DNA of 64,000 nucleotides from contig QQSK01000011.1 in the NCBI GenBank assembly GCA_003602415.1, positions 4,186 to 68,185 on the forward strand, written 5' to 3'. Each line of letters starts with the position of its first letter. Positions within the stretch are counted from its first letter, which is position 1. This document shows, one piece after another, positions 53,999 to 63,497 of this stretch. The position numbers were made by a program, and so were the translations under genes. Origin of the DNA: Candidatus Poseidoniales archaeon. Lineage in GTDB: Archaea > Thermoplasmatota > Poseidoniia > Poseidoniales > Poseidoniaceae. Below the pieces are notes generated by a model, which saw only the letters and a program-made list of their open reading frames with translations, did not search any database and was not told the origin of the DNA.

Positions 53999-55590
53999 GT
54001 GATACTGAAATCTTGTCTGCAGAATTAGCAGAAGAGTGGGTTGAAGCAAATAATCGTAGAACTGCATTAGATTTCCTCCTTGACACAAAAGTAATGGCTG
54101 TATCTTTGGTACTAATTTTTGTTTCATCGACAGTACTTTACTTCATGCTAGATGAAGAAAATGTCGATTATGGAGCATCCATGGAATTCGACCAGGACAG
54201 AGTAAGAGGATATGCTCAAGATTTGGTCGACTTAGGTCATCCTGAATGGCAGGGAAGAATGAGTGGATCTGCTGAAGAGCAAGCTGCTGCTGAATATATT
54301 GCAAATCTATTCGAAGAACTCGGATACCAATCAACATTGCACACTTACGAAGTACCTATGCATAGCATAAACAGCGAACCAAGTTTGAGAGTCTGTACTC
54401 CTGGGACTATTGGAGGATTTGGAGTTGCTCCGTGTTCTCCTGGTGATGCTGGTCAACAAGTTACAACATTTATCCACAGAAGTGATTATGTCATTCAAGG
54501 ATTCTCAGGAGAATCATCAATTATGTTTGGCCAAGATATCGAAGTAGTGCATTTAGGAAACGGTTCAGATGAAGCACTTTGGGCATCTGCTGCTGGCAAG
54601 GTAGGATATGTCGAAGGAGGAGGTTCAAAAACCGGTAACACTTTCGTAATGACAAGTGCTATAGAAAACGACCTTACGGCCATAATTAGAGTAAACAAAG
54701 ATTACAATTGTGGAAAAATCGAAGGCAATGATTGTGTCCCAATATTCAAAGGAACAAACTATGATGCTATCGCTCAAGCAAATGGTGGAGGAGCACCCTC
54801 TCAACTTGCATTTATCGCAATGAGTAAAGATGCTGGAGAGATTCTTGAATCGATCGTAATCAATGGCAGTGGCCGTCTAGAGATGATAATGGATGTAACC
54901 AATGACCAGGAATTGACTATTAGAGTACCTTGTGGAACTTACTATGGAACCTCCGACGAATTACTAATCGTAGGCGGACACCATGATACCGTTTACCATG
55001 CACAGGGCGCTGTTGACGATACTTCAGGAACCGCATCTGTGTTAGAGATGGCTACTATGTTCTCTGAGTACATAGAAGAAAACGGAATGCCTAAGCGGAC
55101 TATCAGATTCTGCACTTGGGGTGGAGAGGAAGAGGGACTTTGGGGTTCTAGGGCATATGTAGCAGATATGAATCAAGAACTCTCAGATGAATTACGTCTT
55201 TACATAAACTTGGACATGAACCATGTTGACAAAGATACAGCCCGAGGCAATTCAGTCACCCTATTTACAAACCATCCTACCGACTATGAACACATCAAGG
55301 CACTTGCAGAGGAATACAAAGAAAACTATCCAGACATGGCAGACAAATACACCATCAACATAGGATTGTATGAAGGTGACTTAGGTGAGCCAGACGGTAT
55401 GCCTTGCAATTCTGACCATTGCCCGTTTGTATACGACCTAGATGGTAAAACCGGACGTGCAGCTGTATGCTACGGTAGTGGTTCATGGGAATATCACACT
55501 TATCTTGATGAAATGAGTCGATTCAATGAGGAGAGTTTGGGAATATCGATCACCATCTACTCCAATTACATTAAATTCCTAGCCTGGTGA
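53995..55590 (+). CDS. membrane-anchored M28-family aminopeptidase
   Basis: N-terminal TM helix. Zn-ligand motifs GGHHDTV, DDTSGTASVLEMA, WGGEEEGLWGS. ATGA overlap with ubiX. Confidence 0.8.
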   Translation: MSDTEILSAELAEEWVEANNRRTALDFLLDTKVMAVSLVLIFVSSTVLYFMLDEENVDYGASMEFDQDRVRGYAQDLVDLGHPEWQGRMSGSAEEQAAAEYIANLFEELGYQSTLHTYEVPMHSINSEPSLRVCTPGTIGGFGVAPCSPGDAGQQVTTFIHRSDYVIQGFSGESSIMFGQDIEVVHLGNGSDEALWASAAGKVGYVEGGGSKTGNTFVMTSAIENDLTAIIRVNKDYNCGKIEGNDCVPIFKGTNYDAIAQANGGGAPSQLAFIAMSKDAGEILESIVINGSGRLEMIMDVTNDQELTIRVPCGTYYGTSDELLIVGGHHDTVYHAQGAVDDTSGTASVLEMATMFSEYIEENGMPKRTIRFCTWGGEEEGLWGSRAYVADMNQELSDELRLYINLDMNHVDKDTARGNSVTLFTNHPTDYEHIKALAEEYKENYPDMADKYTINIGLYEGDLGEPDGMPCNSDHCPFVYDLDGKTGRAAVCYGSGSWEYHTYLDEMSRFNEESLGISITIYSNYIKFLAW

Positions 55591-55610
55591 GCAAAAACTG
55601 AGATGGTATT

Positions 55611-55898
55611 ATGGTAAAACCAAGTGCACATGCAAGCCACATTCTGGTCAAGAGTAAGGGAGAGGCTACTCAATTAGCTTCCAATATTAGCAAACTCAAG
55701 GATTTTCAAAAAACCGCTAGGAAAAAGTCGGATTGCCCATCCAGCCAAAAGGGAGGAGACCTGGGCTGGTTTAGAAAAGGGCAAATGGTTAGGGAGTTCG
55801 AAGAAGCCGTCTGGTCTACACCTTTGAAAACCGTTTCAGCACCTGTAAAAACCCAATTTGGATACCACCTTATTTGGGTACATGAACGTGAGGAATGA
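55611..55898 (+). CDS. parvulin-type peptidyl-prolyl isomerase
   Basis: ASHILVKS, GGDLGWFRKGQMVREFEEA, FGYHLIWV. Confidence 0.85.
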   Translation: MVKPSAHASHILVKSKGEATQLASNISKLKDFQKTARKKSDCPSSQKGGDLGWFRKGQMVREFEEAVWSTPLKTVSAPVKTQFGYHLIWVHEREE

Positions 55899-56260
55899 GT
55901 ATGCCTACAAGAGTTGGGCTCGAATCCTATGAAGTCATGGCATGCCATGGAGCATATGATTTCGAAAGGGAAAAGAAACAACCGTTTGTGATTTCGATTT
56001 GGGCCACATTGGCATCTGATGTCATAGAAGATGAACTAGAGCAGACACTGAATTATGCAGACCTACAGTCAGCAGTCGATTCTGAAATTGTGAACTCAGA
56101 ACCTGTAAAATTGATGGAAACGCTTTGCAATAAGCTGGTTTCACTAATCAGCCAAAATGAGCTGGTTTCCGCAATTTCAATTCGAATGGAAAAACCCGAC
56201 GCTCCTTTTCCACACCCCGGAGGATTGGCAGTTGTGGAGCATGAATGGTCGAGGGTTTGA
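55895..56260 (+). CDS. folB: dihydroneopterin aldolase-like (FolB family)
   Basis: 121 aa. GLESYEVMACHGAYDFEREKKQPFVISIW..LNYADL fits the FolB tunnelling-fold pattern. ATGA overlap with the parvulin gene. Confidence 0.6.
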   Translation: MSMPTRVGLESYEVMACHGAYDFEREKKQPFVISIWATLASDVIEDELEQTLNYADLQSAVDSEIVNSEPVKLMETLCNKLVSLISQNELVSAISIRMEKPDAPFPHPGGLAVVEHEWSRV

Positions 56261-56772
56261 AAGGCTTCCATCATTCAGCCACATTCATGACAGCCACGTC
56301 TAGAGTGTTCGTTCCCTCTGTGACGGAGGAAAATGGAAACACCATTGGACTAGGTGTATTCTCTACTGAGGAAACCGCTTGGAAGGTCCTGAGACAATTC
56401 ATCAAGAAATCTCATCTTATGTCTTTGACCAGATCAGACTTGGTAATTTGGGAAGTAGATTTGATTGGAGAGGAAGGGATGACTGTCCTATCCAGTATGC
56501 ATTGTAGGGACTGTCCAGTTTGCAAAAGAAGGACCTTTTGGATTGACCTAGAAACATTCTCAGCCATGTGTACAGGACAGGCTTGTGAAGCATGGATAGA
56601 AGAGTCAACCTTGGAACCTGGAATTATGGATTTAGGTTGGCCGCCTACAAGATTCCTAAAACAAACTGATTCAATAGAAAAAGCACTATCAGAATTAGCA
56701 GACATAGGTGCGCAATTGGAAGCTGCTGGAAACACTCCAAACCAAGCATTCACATCGATTCCAGAGGAATGA
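56245..56772 (+). CDS. hypothetical protein with a CxxC..C..C zinc-ribbon-like segment
   Basis: 175-aa ORF containing HCRDCPVCKRR..MCTGQACEAW. Its 3' end overlaps the argS 3' end by 23 nt (convergent). Confidence 0.45.
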   Translation: MVEGLKGFHHSATFMTATSRVFVPSVTEENGNTIGLGVFSTEETAWKVLRQFIKKSHLMSLTRSDLVIWEVDLIGEEGMTVLSSMHCRDCPVCKRRTFWIDLETFSAMCTGQACEAWIEESTLEPGIMDLGWPPTRFLKQTDSIEKALSELADIGAQLEAAGNTPNQAFTSIPEE

Positions 56773-58465
56773 CACCAATTCCATTCATTCCTTCACGGAG
56801 TAATGCACGTGCTTTTTCACTTACCGCGAAATTGAATTCATCAACTTCGCCATCTTTAATCACATGACAATCACGATAGAACGAATTGTAGGCAGTAGCC
56901 AGTTCCAAAAGATATAGTGCGAAGACATGTGGTTTGTTTTCATTTACAGAATGGCTCAATTTATCCACATAGCAAGCCATTACTCTAAGCAATTCATGCA
57001 TTGCAGGAGGTATTTCGCCCTTGGAATCCATCTTTGCATCTCTTCCAACTCTCTTTGCTATGGAGCACGCTCTAGTGTGTGAATACATCATGAATGGTGC
57101 ACTCTCTCCTTCGAAGGATAGTGCTTCTTCCCATCTAAACGTAAATCCCTTATCCGGACTTACTTTAGTGATATTGAATCTAACTGCTGAAACACCTACT
57201 GCTTCTGCAATTGCTTCTACTTCTTCATCCGATAGATCGCTGCGTAGCCCCCTGACTACCGAAGCGGCTTGTGCTTGAGCTTCTTCTAGTAAGTCATCCA
57301 TGAATACTACATTCCCCCTTCGAGTACTCATCTTGCCTTCTGGAAGTTTTATGAAAGCATAGAACATCACTTCAGGTACCTTTTGACCCAATTCTTGTAG
57401 AGTCATGCCAACTTGCTTAGCCTGCAACTTGTGGTCTTCACCAAGAATGTTAACCAGATTTTCCGACTGTTGCCATTTCCACATGTGATATGCAATATCT
57501 CTAGTTGCATAGAGAGATGAGCCATCACCTCTTCTATAGAAGAAATCAGTCTTTCCTTTCAAGCCTCTTTGGCCCAGGTCTAGGAAGTGAGCGCCATTAT
57601 CTGCAACACCGTGAATTTCTAGAGATGCTAATTTCTCCATCAAATTAGAAACTGTGCCATCGACTACAAATTTTGATTCTTTAGTGAAGGTATCAAATTC
57701 AATTCCTAAACGTGATAGTGTCTCCAACATCCCATCAAGAACTGGTTGGTATGCATCTTCAAACTGAGCTAATACTTCATCATCCCCGTGTTCAGAAGCA
57801 TGTACTAAGCGGCCAATTTCCTCTTCTATTTTCTTGTCTTCAGCATTTGAACGCAAATGCTGAGCGGCTTGATACCATCGAACTGTTTCATGATCTTTCT
57901 TTCCAATCCATTTTGGATTTACTTCTTCGGCATCGTTGAGGATATTGTCCACATTCTCTGAAGACAAATTTGCTAATGCCCATGCGAGAACTCCAACTTG
58001 CTTACCCATATCATCAACATAGTACTCTGCTCGAACTTGATTGCCAAATAAACGATTCAAGCGAACCAATGTATCCCCAAGTATAGCGTTCCTAGCACGA
58101 CCAACATGGAATGGCCCGTTTGGATTAGCACTGGTATGTTCTATGAGAACACTCTTTTGTCCAGGCATTTCATTTTCTTTCAACACATTAGAAGCGAGCC
58201 ATTCAGGATTGGCTTTGAAATTCAAATATCCTCCAGTAGAAGATACCTCGAAATTACCAGAAATTGAAGACTCTAAAGCGGTTGCAATATCGACTGGGCT
58301 TTTTCCTAATTGTTTGGCAAAAGGGAAACATGGCAGAGATAAATCACCCTGAGCTTTCTCACGACTTGGCCCCAATGCCTTTCTCCAAAAATCTCCGGAG
58401 ACCCCCATGTCAGTTAGTGCTGACATTAGCGGTTCTTCGATTAATTCCCTTAGAATATTCATCAA
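56750..58465 (-). CDS. argS: arginine--tRNA ligase
   Basis: HTSANPNGPFHVGRARN (HIGH region), class I core, and an anticodon-binding C-terminus ending in ..M. Confidence 0.9.
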   Translation of the reverse strand: MMNILRELIEEPLMSALTDMGVSGDFWRKALGPSREKAQGDLSLPCFPFAKQLGKSPVDIATALESSISGNFEVSSTGGYLNFKANPEWLASNVLKENEMPGQKSVLIEHTSANPNGPFHVGRARNAILGDTLVRLNRLFGNQVRAEYYVDDMGKQVGVLAWALANLSSENVDNILNDAEEVNPKWIGKKDHETVRWYQAAQHLRSNAEDKKIEEEIGRLVHASEHGDDEVLAQFEDAYQPVLDGMLETLSRLGIEFDTFTKESKFVVDGTVSNLMEKLASLEIHGVADNGAHFLDLGQRGLKGKTDFFYRRGDGSSLYATRDIAYHMWKWQQSENLVNILGEDHKLQAKQVGMTLQELGQKVPEVMFYAFIKLPEGKMSTRRGNVVFMDDLLEEAQAQAASVVRGLRSDLSDEEVEAIAEAVGVSAVRFNITKVSPDKGFTFRWEEALSFEGESAPFMMYSHTRACSIAKRVGRDAKMDSKGEIPPAMHELLRVMACYVDKLSHSVNENKPHVFALYLLELATAYNSFYRDCHVIKDGEVDEFNFAVSEKARALLREGMNGIGVIPLESM

Positions 58466-58471
58466 ACCAAC

Positions 58472-59719
58472 TCACATAATTGGGTATCGAAGAACGGCTG
58501 CAAGACCACCAAATCCTGAATTCAATTGTGCACCTTCTTCGGTATCTATTGAAATGAATTTCACTTCTGAGCGACCTTTTGCCGCTAACAAAGATAATTC
58601 ATCGATAAGAGATACAGATTGTATTTCCTTTAGGTCATCCCCATCAGCTTTGCACTTTGGACATGCGGGCAAAGCATCCATCCTACCAATGCTGACTGTC
58701 CATTCATTGGAGCAAGAGTTGCATTCGATGTCAACTACATTCTTCCTCATGCCTTCACTGATCAGAAGTTTAGCAACTGCTCCCTGCTCTAATGCTTGAC
58801 GTATCATAGCCTCTCCGTAAGTTGCTTTAGGATGAGTTTTTACCAACTCTTCTAAGAATTCAGTTACAACCTGTCTTTCAGCATCTAACTCAATCTCTCC
58901 CATTAAGCCCCCAGCATTGTCAACTAATTCTCTAACTCCGCTTTCATTGGAATAACCAACATCGAATGTGGTTTTTGCAATCTTCTTGGTTATTTCGTGA
59001 TGGAAATAATCGTTTTTGACAACGAAATCTTTGGTTGCACCTGGCCCACCGATAATAATAGCCTGAATATTCTCTAATTCAGGCAACCAGTACGAACATG
59101 CATGCTCTGTTGCACGCTTGTAGAAATTATGAGCTGCTTCTTCGATCAACCTCTCGAAACGTTGAGCTGACTGGCCACCTTGTCGGTGCTTACCCATGAT
59201 GTTAGAAACAAGATACTCTTGCACATGTATTCTCTTTCCACTAGCAATACCGTAAGCAGCCTCTGCTCTGTCGATAACGAACAGACCGTATGACTTCTTA
59301 TCGATCAGCATTTCTTCCAATTGTGTTAACTCGAATTTGGAGTCACATCTGTACCTGAATGAGAGTAATGGTTGAGGAAGGTCATCGACAACCACTGTGA
59401 TGTGCCTGGTCTTGTTATTTCCAACAATAATTGAACCTGTGAATAGAGCAATTCCTTTCTCTCCTGCATCACGGTATTTTGAAAGAGAAGAAATCGCAGA
59501 TTCAATAGCAGCCTGAACATTCTTTTTGGTCGACTTAGATTTGATGTTAGCAGCCTGTCCGTGCTCGTTTTGAAGCATTTGACGAGCATCCGAAACCTGT
59601 CTATCTGGAGGAATGATAACAGTAACCAATTCAGTTCCAAAACCCTTCATTTCTCTCAAATCTTCAAGAGTAAGTTTCAGTTTCAACCTGCGGGTCGCCT
59701 GTTCTGGATCATCACTCAT
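58472..59719 (-). CDS. prf1: peptide chain release factor aRF1
   Basis: NIKS (AANIKSKSTK), GGQ (HRQGGQSAQRF), and a C-terminal domain with a CxxC..CxxC insert. Confidence 0.95.
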   Translation of the reverse strand: MSDDPEQATRRLKLKLTLEDLREMKGFGTELVTVIIPPDRQVSDARQMLQNEHGQAANIKSKSTKKNVQAAIESAISSLSKYRDAGEKGIALFTGSIIVGNNKTRHITVVVDDLPQPLLSFRYRCDSKFELTQLEEMLIDKKSYGLFVIDRAEAAYGIASGKRIHVQEYLVSNIMGKHRQGGQSAQRFERLIEEAAHNFYKRATEHACSYWLPELENIQAIIIGGPGATKDFVVKNDYFHHEITKKIAKTTFDVGYSNESGVRELVDNAGGLMGEIELDAERQVVTEFLEELVKTHPKATYGEAMIRQALEQGAVAKLLISEGMRKNVVDIECNSCSNEWTVSIGRMDALPACPKCKADGDDLKEIQSVSLIDELSLLAAKGRSEVKFISIDTEEGAQLNSGFGGLAAVLRYPIM

Positions 59720-59724
59720 TCAGG

Positions 59725-59746
59725 TCTCCCCCAGCCCTAAGGGCTG
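59725..59746 (-). promoter_or_regulatory. 5' leader hairpin (CAGCCC TTA GGGCTG) abutting the GGGGAG Shine-Dalgarno of aRF1
   Basis: The minus strand reads CAGCCCTTAGGGCTG-GGGGAG-ACCTGA-ATG. Confidence 0.4.
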
Positions 59747-59808
59747 AGGCGAGGACTTTCAAGCCTTCTGAGAAGGAAGCATCATCTATTGCCGACATTC
59801 ACGGCCTG

Positions 59809-60516
59809 ATGATGGCGACACATATCGTGGCACTCGGAGGTTCGTTACTTCGCCCAGAAGAAGCGGACCAGAGGTCAATGTGGTTCGGCCAACTGAGACA
59901 ATTAGCTGTTCATTTCGAAGGCAATGGAAGAAAATTGGGAATCGTTGTCGGTGGAGGGTTGCCTGCGAGAGAAGCGATAACTCTAGCTCGTTCATCTTTC
60001 ACAGACTCCTATAGACTAGACACCGTCGGCATTTCTGCAACTAGATTGAACGCCACAATTTTGCAACAAAGCCTACTCGATGTGGGCTGTAAAGTTAGCC
60101 CTACTATCCCCACATCTACTCAAGAAGCAACTGAATTACTAGAATCTCACAACATTGTCATCATGGGTGGAACCACACCTGGCCATACAACTGATGCAGT
60201 AGCCGTTGCACTGGCAAGGGACTGTGGAGCACCTCACTGCGTGATAGCAACCAATGTCACCCATGTACACGATTGTGACCCTCGAGAAAACCCCGATGCT
60301 AAACCTCTCGAAGAGATTACACTGACTCAATTGGCAGAAATTACGGGTACTGAACCATTAGGCCCTGGTGAATCTGCAGCAGTCGACCCTGTGGCTGTAA
60401 AGTGGGCAATGAAAGCGGGAATAAGATTAGCAGTTCTCGATGGAAGGGATTTATCGATACTGGAAGACGCTCTAGAAGGTAAGCCGTTTGTTGGAACATT
60501 AGTCAAGGCTGAGTGA
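59809..60516 (+). CDS. pyrH: UMP kinase, archaeal type
   Basis: VVALGGSLL, IVVGGG, IVIMGGTTPGHTTDAVAVALA. Confidence 0.85.
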   Translation: MMATHIVALGGSLLRPEEADQRSMWFGQLRQLAVHFEGNGRKLGIVVGGGLPAREAITLARSSFTDSYRLDTVGISATRLNATILQQSLLDVGCKVSPTIPTSTQEATELLESHNIVIMGGTTPGHTTDAVAVALARDCGAPHCVIATNVTHVHDCDPRENPDAKPLEEITLTQLAEITGTEPLGPGESAAVDPVAVKWAMKAGIRLAVLDGRDLSILEDALEGKPFVGTLVKAE

Positions 60517-60520
60517 TATT

Positions 60521-60802
60521 ATGGTAGATGCAAAAGCGATTAAGGATAAGGTCAGTAAAAAAATCAACAATACGAAATCTAAGATTTCATCTCACATAAC
60601 AGCTCACAAGCACTGCAGAATATGCGGGATAAATATCGATTCGAGATCTGACCCTAGGATTTGCAAATCAGACGAGTGCTCGGCTGCGTTAGAAAAGCGT
60701 GGGAAAAATGACCGAATGATGAGAATCATGTTCTTCATATTCGTATTGATTTTCTTTGGACCAATTTTACTGAGCGCACTGGGCTTTGCAGTAGTAGGTT
60801 AA
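60521..60802 (+). CDS. small tail-anchored protein with a Cys motif
   Basis: 93 aa. HCRICG..ICKSDEC, then a C-terminal TM helix (IMFFIFVLIFFGPILLSALGFAVV). Confidence 0.4.
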   Translation: MVDAKAIKDKVSKKINNTKSKISSHITAHKHCRICGINIDSRSDPRICKSDECSAALEKRGKNDRMMRIMFFIFVLIFFGPILLSALGFAVVG

Positions 60803-61902
60803 TCTTGACGATGCCATCCATCAGGTAATGACATTGGGTCGCTGGCAAGGTTTTGTTTGCACCTTCTGACCATTTCAAGTCGTAAGGCTGTGACTCCAAC
60901 ATCTTCCATTGCAGAAATTGTAACACATCCCTCTTCATCGATTAGAACCGGTAAATTGGGTTCTCCTTCTCCATCCCAATCTGATTCAAATTGCTTTACT
61001 TGTTCCCAATTTTGAGGAAGAGGGTCCATCAAATCCGCTTTGGAAACTACAACTATCATATCGATTTCTGGAAGTAGACTTTTTACTTCTTCCAACAAGT
61101 TATGCTGATCCTCTAAACTAGTACCGCAACTTTCAGAAATATCCATCAAGAAAATACACAATGCACCAACGTGCTCTATTGCAGCAATAGCTTGCATTTC
61201 AATCGCATTTCTATCATCCATAGGCCTATCCAGTAATCCCGGAGTATCGACCATTTGGTGAGGTACTCTTCGATGCTTAAAGTGGCCCACGTGGAGTTGT
61301 TTGGTGGTAAACGGATAATGATTTACTTCCATATTACCACTAGATAGTGAAGAAATAAATGCGCTCTTTCCAACATTTGGTGCACCACAAACAACAATTG
61401 TTGGGCATACTTGGTCAATGACTGGTAATTTCCTTAATATCAATCTGCTTTCATGTAGCCAATCCAATGAAGGTCCAACTCTCCTCATTATACTAGAAAG
61501 ACGACCATATGCTTCTTTCCTTGCATCATGCATGACTTCAAACCTAGCACTGCGAATGATTTTGATCGCATTTTGCTTAGCAATTTTCCTCATTTGTTTT
61601 GCACCCCATCCCAACATTGAGAGATGATGGCGGTAATCATCACATCCAACACAGGCATCAACCATGGCTTTGTCGAATAACGGCATTTGGTCAAGGCTTG
61701 GCCATGCTTTTTCTGTATCCTCCAAGTACTGAGACATGACGTCTGCAGCAGTTTGAACCATCCTGGTAAGTTGCTTTCTTACTCGAAACACCTTGACTGG
61801 GTCATCTACTCTGTCTGCCGCTTTCTTAGCACGGCTGAAACCCTTGTCAAGAACCTCTTCCTCAGTCAGTACGGTGATTAAATCTCGCCATACCACCTTC
61901 AT
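60799..61902 (-). CDS. NOG1-family GTP-binding protein
   Basis: Helical N-terminal domain, G1 GAPNVGKS, G3 DTPG, VVSKADL. GGAGG SD. Confidence 0.8.
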   Translation of the reverse strand: MKVVWRDLITVLTEEEVLDKGFSRAKKAADRVDDPVKVFRVRKQLTRMVQTAADVMSQYLEDTEKAWPSLDQMPLFDKAMVDACVGCDDYRHHLSMLGWGAKQMRKIAKQNAIKIIRSARFEVMHDARKEAYGRLSSIMRRVGPSLDWLHESRLILRKLPVIDQVCPTIVVCGAPNVGKSAFISSLSSGNMEVNHYPFTTKQLHVGHFKHRRVPHQMVDTPGLLDRPMDDRNAIEMQAIAAIEHVGALCIFLMDISESCGTSLEDQHNLLEEVKSLLPEIDMIVVVSKADLMDPLPQNWEQVKQFESDWDGEGEPNLPVLIDEEGCVTISAMEDVGVTALRLEMVRRCKQNLASDPMSLPDGWHRQD

Positions 61903-61970
61903 AGGAGTGCCTCCATTTTAGTCGGGAAGCCTCCACTTCTTCAATTCGTAGGTTGGTTTCACTAGCGTCA

Positions 61971-61990
61971 GGGCTTAGAAGGAGAAGCCC
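61971..61990 (+). promoter_or_regulatory. hairpin GGGCTT-AGAAGGAG-AAGCCC carrying the only SD-like sequence of the 62003 gene in its loop
   Basis: 6-bp stem with loop AGAAGGAG, ending 12 nt before the ATG at 62003. Confidence 0.3.
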
Positions 61991-62002
61991 TAACACCGTA
62001 TC

Positions 62003-62428
62003 ATGTCGGAGTTACCTGAATGGGCGCAGAGCATGTGGGAAGACCTTGGATCACCAGAATTAAGTGACGTTGAAAGTGTTCATACTGGGGACCTGATGGA
62101 CCGACGTCATGGCTTGAGGAAAGACGATTTTGTAGAGATTCAATTGGATGCTAGAGCATTAAGAGATAGTGACGACACCTGGGTAAAAGGAAGATTATTG
62201 TCGTCGGGCAAATCTTCTATCGAATTGTTAACTACCGATGGAAATCACATTTACCTAGCCAGAGAAGTAATTGTTCAAGTTGTTTTAGTTGCGCATACTA
62301 GGCCAGCATACATCGATGACAAGGAATTGCTGGAGTTTGAAAGAGCTGACCAAAAAAGACGTTCAAACCTACACGAGAGAGTAGAAAAGAAGACCAAAGG
62401 AAATGATGATTCTCACCTTTGGGGCTGA
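62003..62428 (+). CDS. hypothetical protein
   Basis: 141-aa ORF with a beta-rich middle and a basic C-terminus. No family recognised. Confidence 0.45.
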   Translation: MSELPEWAQSMWEDLGSPELSDVESVHTGDLMDRRHGLRKDDFVEIQLDARALRDSDDTWVKGRLLSSGKSSIELLTTDGNHIYLAREVIVQVVLVAHTRPAYIDDKELLEFERADQKRRSNLHERVEKKTKGNDDSHLWG

Positions 62429-62684
62429 TTTTTTGTCGTGGAAAGTTATTGATGAACATCACCTAGAGAAGAACTTCTCTTTCGAGGATTTCATCACTGC
62501 TTTAGATTTTGTAAATAAGGCGGGACAAGTTTGTGAAGAGCAAGACCACCATGCAGAGTTCATACTATCTTGGGGGAGTGTGATTGTCAAAACATGGAGT
62601 CATGATGTAAATTCGATTACTGAAAGGGATTACCGTTTGGCAGAAGGTATTGACGGAGTGTATTCTAATGGACCCCAAAGGTAG
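62403..62684 (+). CDS. pterin-4-alpha-carbinolamine dehydratase (PCD/DCoH)
   Basis: F.F.DF..A..F pattern, EEQDHHAEFILSWGSVIVKTWSH, ITERDYRLAEGID. Confidence 0.8.
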   Translation: MMILTFGADFLSWKVIDEHHLEKNFSFEDFITALDFVNKAGQVCEEQDHHAEFILSWGSVIVKTWSHDVNSITERDYRLAEGIDGVYSNGPQR

Positions 62685-63000
62685 AACTGCTCCAGGCTAT
62701 AGAATGCATGCCTTCGTCTGTGGACACTCTAGGCCTGAAGGTGCCTCAAGAGGATGTTGTAGTGACAAGGGATCTCTTGAATTGATGAAACAATTCAAAC
62801 TTGCAGCCAAAGAAAAGGGAATCAAAGACGTACGAGTGCAAAAATCCGGATGCTTGGATTTTTGCGAAAGTGGCCCTACTTGTGTCATTTATCCTAATGG
62901 GGATTGGTTCAAAATTACAAAACAATCTATCCCAGACCTAGTAGAATTTTTGAACGGCGGGATTATTCCGACCGATTATTTACTGGATATCAAAGCTTGA
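62650..63000 (+). CDS. thioredoxin-like [2Fe-2S] ferredoxin
   Basis: HAFVCGHSRPEG..RGCCSDKG and VQKSGCLDFCESGPTCVIYP. Confidence 0.7.
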   Translation: MTECILMDPKGRTAPGYRMHAFVCGHSRPEGASRGCCSDKGSLELMKQFKLAAKEKGIKDVRVQKSGCLDFCESGPTCVIYPNGDWFKITKQSIPDLVEFLNGGIIPTDYLLDIKA

Positions 63001-63403
63001 CTGGGCGAGTTGCACCACACGCTTGACACTTCAATAGAGTGGTTCTGTCCTGCTTGATAAAATGAGTATCTGGAGCGTTGCATTGAACGCATTTGATGTA
63101 AGTGTTGACATAATTTACAATTGTCTTTTTGATTCTTTTAGGAGGAATTCTTCCCTTGAAACGTGCTCTTGGTCCATCTCTAGAACCTGCAGTTCCTAAT
63201 TCATTCAACATGAATTGGTAAACGTGATTAGCATCTCTTTCCATATGATTAACAACTTCAGTAAAGTTTCTCAAAATAGTGTTTGAACCTTCAATCATAA
63301 TTTGAGGATCTGGTAAAGTCCAACGTGCACGATTAGAAATTTCCTCAGGGATATTTGACCTGGCTCGGTCAAGCAATGACTCATATTCGAAGTCGGACAT
63401 CAT
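62990..63403 (-). CDS. eif2b: translation initiation factor aIF2 beta
   Basis: MMSDFEYESLLDRA start (ATG at 63403 or 63400). C-terminal zinc ribbon CVQCNAPDT..KCQACGA. The upstream 54 codons of the track ORF are hydrophobic nonsense. Confidence 0.85.
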   Translation of the reverse strand: MMSDFEYESLLDRARSNIPEEISNRARWTLPDPQIMIEGSNTILRNFTEVVNHMERDANHVYQFMLNELGTAGSRDGPRARFKGRIPPKRIKKTIVNYVNTYIKCVQCNAPDTHFIKQDRTTLLKCQACGATRPVKL

Positions 63404-63497
63404 ACCCCTCGCCGAGCCTGTTCCATTTGAGGGTTTCCGCCCCTTTGGGCAAATGTGAACGATGGGTTGATGTCTGAGGGGCCACCAGAACATCAAC